DNA of 45,284 nucleotides from positions 1 to 45,284 of IMG/VR virus record IMGVR_UViG_3300048856_000101. One strand, written 5' to 3'. Within the stretch, counting starts at the first letter, position 1, and each line of letters opens with the position of its first letter. The DNA comes from a virus (taxonomy: Duplodnaviria; Caudoviricetes). Positions 44,088-45,284 of this stretch are shown here, piece after piece. The translations under genes and the position numbers were made by a program. The notes beneath the pieces are model-generated. The model saw only the letters and a program-made list of their open reading frames with translations, did no database searches and was not told the DNA's origin.

Positions 44088-45176
44088 CTAGCCTCCCTTT
44101 GCTGACACGTTGAAGCGGAACTCCACGACGTCGCCGTCCTGCATGATGTAGTCCTTGCCCTCCATGCGGGCCTTGCCCTTGGCGCGCGCCTCAGCCACGG
44201 ACCCCGTCTCGACGAGGTCGGCGAACGAGATGACCTCGGCCTTGATGAAGCCGCGCTCGAAGTCGGTGTGGATGACGCCGGCCGCCTGCGGCGCCTTGGC
44301 GCCCTTGGGGATGGTCCAGGCACGCGACTCTTTCGGCCCCGCGGTGAGGTAGGTCTGCAGGCCGAGCGTGTCGAAACCGATGCGGGCCAGCTGGTCGAGA
44401 CCCGACTCCTCCTGGCCGGTCGACGCGAGTAGCTCGGCGGCGTCGGCAGGATCGAGGTCGATGAGCTCGGATTCGATCTTCGCGTCGAGGAACACCGCTT
44501 CGGCGGGGGCGACGAGCGCGGCGAGCTCCGCTTTGCGGGAGGCATCCGTCAACACCGCCTCGTCGACGTTGAAGACGTAGATGAAGGGCTTTGCAGTGAG
44601 CAGTCCCAGCTCGGAGATCGGCGACAGGTCCACCTTCGACGCTGAGAGGGGCGTGCCCGCCTGAAGCGTCTCGAGCGCTTCCTTGGCCGCCGCGAGCACT
44701 GAAGGATCGAGCTTCTTTCCCTTGACCTCTTTCTCGTACCGCGTGATGGCGCGTTCGAGCGTCTCGAGGTCGGCGAGGATGAGCTCGGTGTTGATCGTCT
44801 CCATGTCGGACTTCGGGTCGACTGCGCCCTCGACGTGCACCACGTCGGAGTCTTCGAAGCCGCGCACGACCTGCGCGATGGCGTCGGCCTCGCGGATGTT
44901 CGCGAGGAACTTGTTGCCGAGCCCCTCACCCTCGCTCGCGCCACGCACGATGCCCGCGATGTCGACGAACGACACCGCGGCCGGCAGGATTCGCTCGGAC
45001 TTGAAGATGCCGGCGAGCGTCTCCAGCCGAGGATCAGGCAGGTTCACCACGCCGATGTTCGGCTCGATCGTCGCGAACGGGTAGTTGGCCGCGAGCACCT
45101 GGTTCTTGGTGAGCGCGTTGAACAGGGTCGACTTGCCGACGTTCGGGAGACCGACGATTCCGATGGTGAGTGCCAC
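44088..45176 (-). CDS. ychF: Redox-regulated ATPase YchF
   Basis: GIVGLPNVGKSTLFNALT, ANYPFATIEPN, DIAG, TGS domain GKDYIMQDGDVVEFRFNV. Confidence 0.98.
   Translation of the reverse strand: MALTIGIVGLPNVGKSTLFNALTKNQVLAANYPFATIEPNIGVVNLPDPRLETLAGIFKSERILPAAVSFVDIAGIVRGASEGEGLGNKFLANIREADAIAQVVRGFEDSDVVHVEGAVDPKSDMETINTELILADLETLERAITRYEKEVKGKKLDPSVLAAAKEALETLQAGTPLSASKVDLSPISELGLLTAKPFIYVFNVDEAVLTDASRKAELAALVAPAEAVFLDAKIESELIDLDPADAAELLASTGQEESGLDQLARIGFDTLGLQTYLTAGPKESRAWTIPKGAKAPQAAGVIHTDFERGFIKAEVISFADLVETGSVAEARAKGKARMEGKDYIMQDGDVVEFRFNVSAKGG
44107..44122. repeat. Right att core ACGTTGAAGCGGAACT
   Basis: Inside the ychF EFRFNV codons; identical to 2480-2495. Confidence 0.95.
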
Positions 45177-45284
45177 GGGCGTCCATCGTACCGGCCCCGC
45201 CCGTGTACGCCCGCGCGCACGGGGCGCAGCGCCGCGGGAGCGCGCCGCGCCCGCGCCCGGCGCGGCCGACGCGCCCGGTGCGGC

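Larger units (their letters stand above)
2480..44122. mobile_element. Temperate siphovirus prophage integrated in the 3' end of ychF
   Basis: Bounded by identical 16-bp direct repeats; contains integrase, repressor, replication, packaging, head, tail and lysis modules. Confidence 0.96.

Noticed and set aside
2480-44122. Diversity-generating retroelement, retron, intron or intein
   Set aside because: No reverse transcriptase motif, template/variable repeat pair or intein signature found; terminase and helicase are normal length.

Overview
High-GC actinobacterial DNA (Microbacteriaceae-like by gene content) holding an apparently complete 41,627-bp temperate siphovirus prophage. It is integrated in the last codons of ychF: the 16-bp core ACGTTGAAGCGGAACT occurs at 2480-2495 and 44107-44122, and paired TGCGGACTA arm-type repeats lie inside both ends. 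Host flanks are a CW_binding_2/M23 peptidase and a short LysR-HTH gene (left) and ychF (right). Phage order, right to left and mostly on the minus strand: HEPN-like two-gene module, integrase and repressor (+), Cro-like HTH, two antirepressors, ParB-like pair, RecE/Sak-like pair, WhiB, initiator with iterons, DnaB-like helicase, a string of small genes, late leader, displaced fibre cassette between two YegP morons, HNH/terminase/head/tail, lysis, and an accessory left end. The most unusual non-gene signals are a ~500-nt structured RNA region between the antirepressors ending in a tRNA-like minihelix (second minihelix at 38.5 kb), a cluster of seven related CCCCCTC/GAGGGGG hairpins at 3.2-5.1 kb, a shared 39-bp motif upstream of both YegP genes, and repeated gene-boundary sequences. 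Family names come from motif recognition only; no database search was run.
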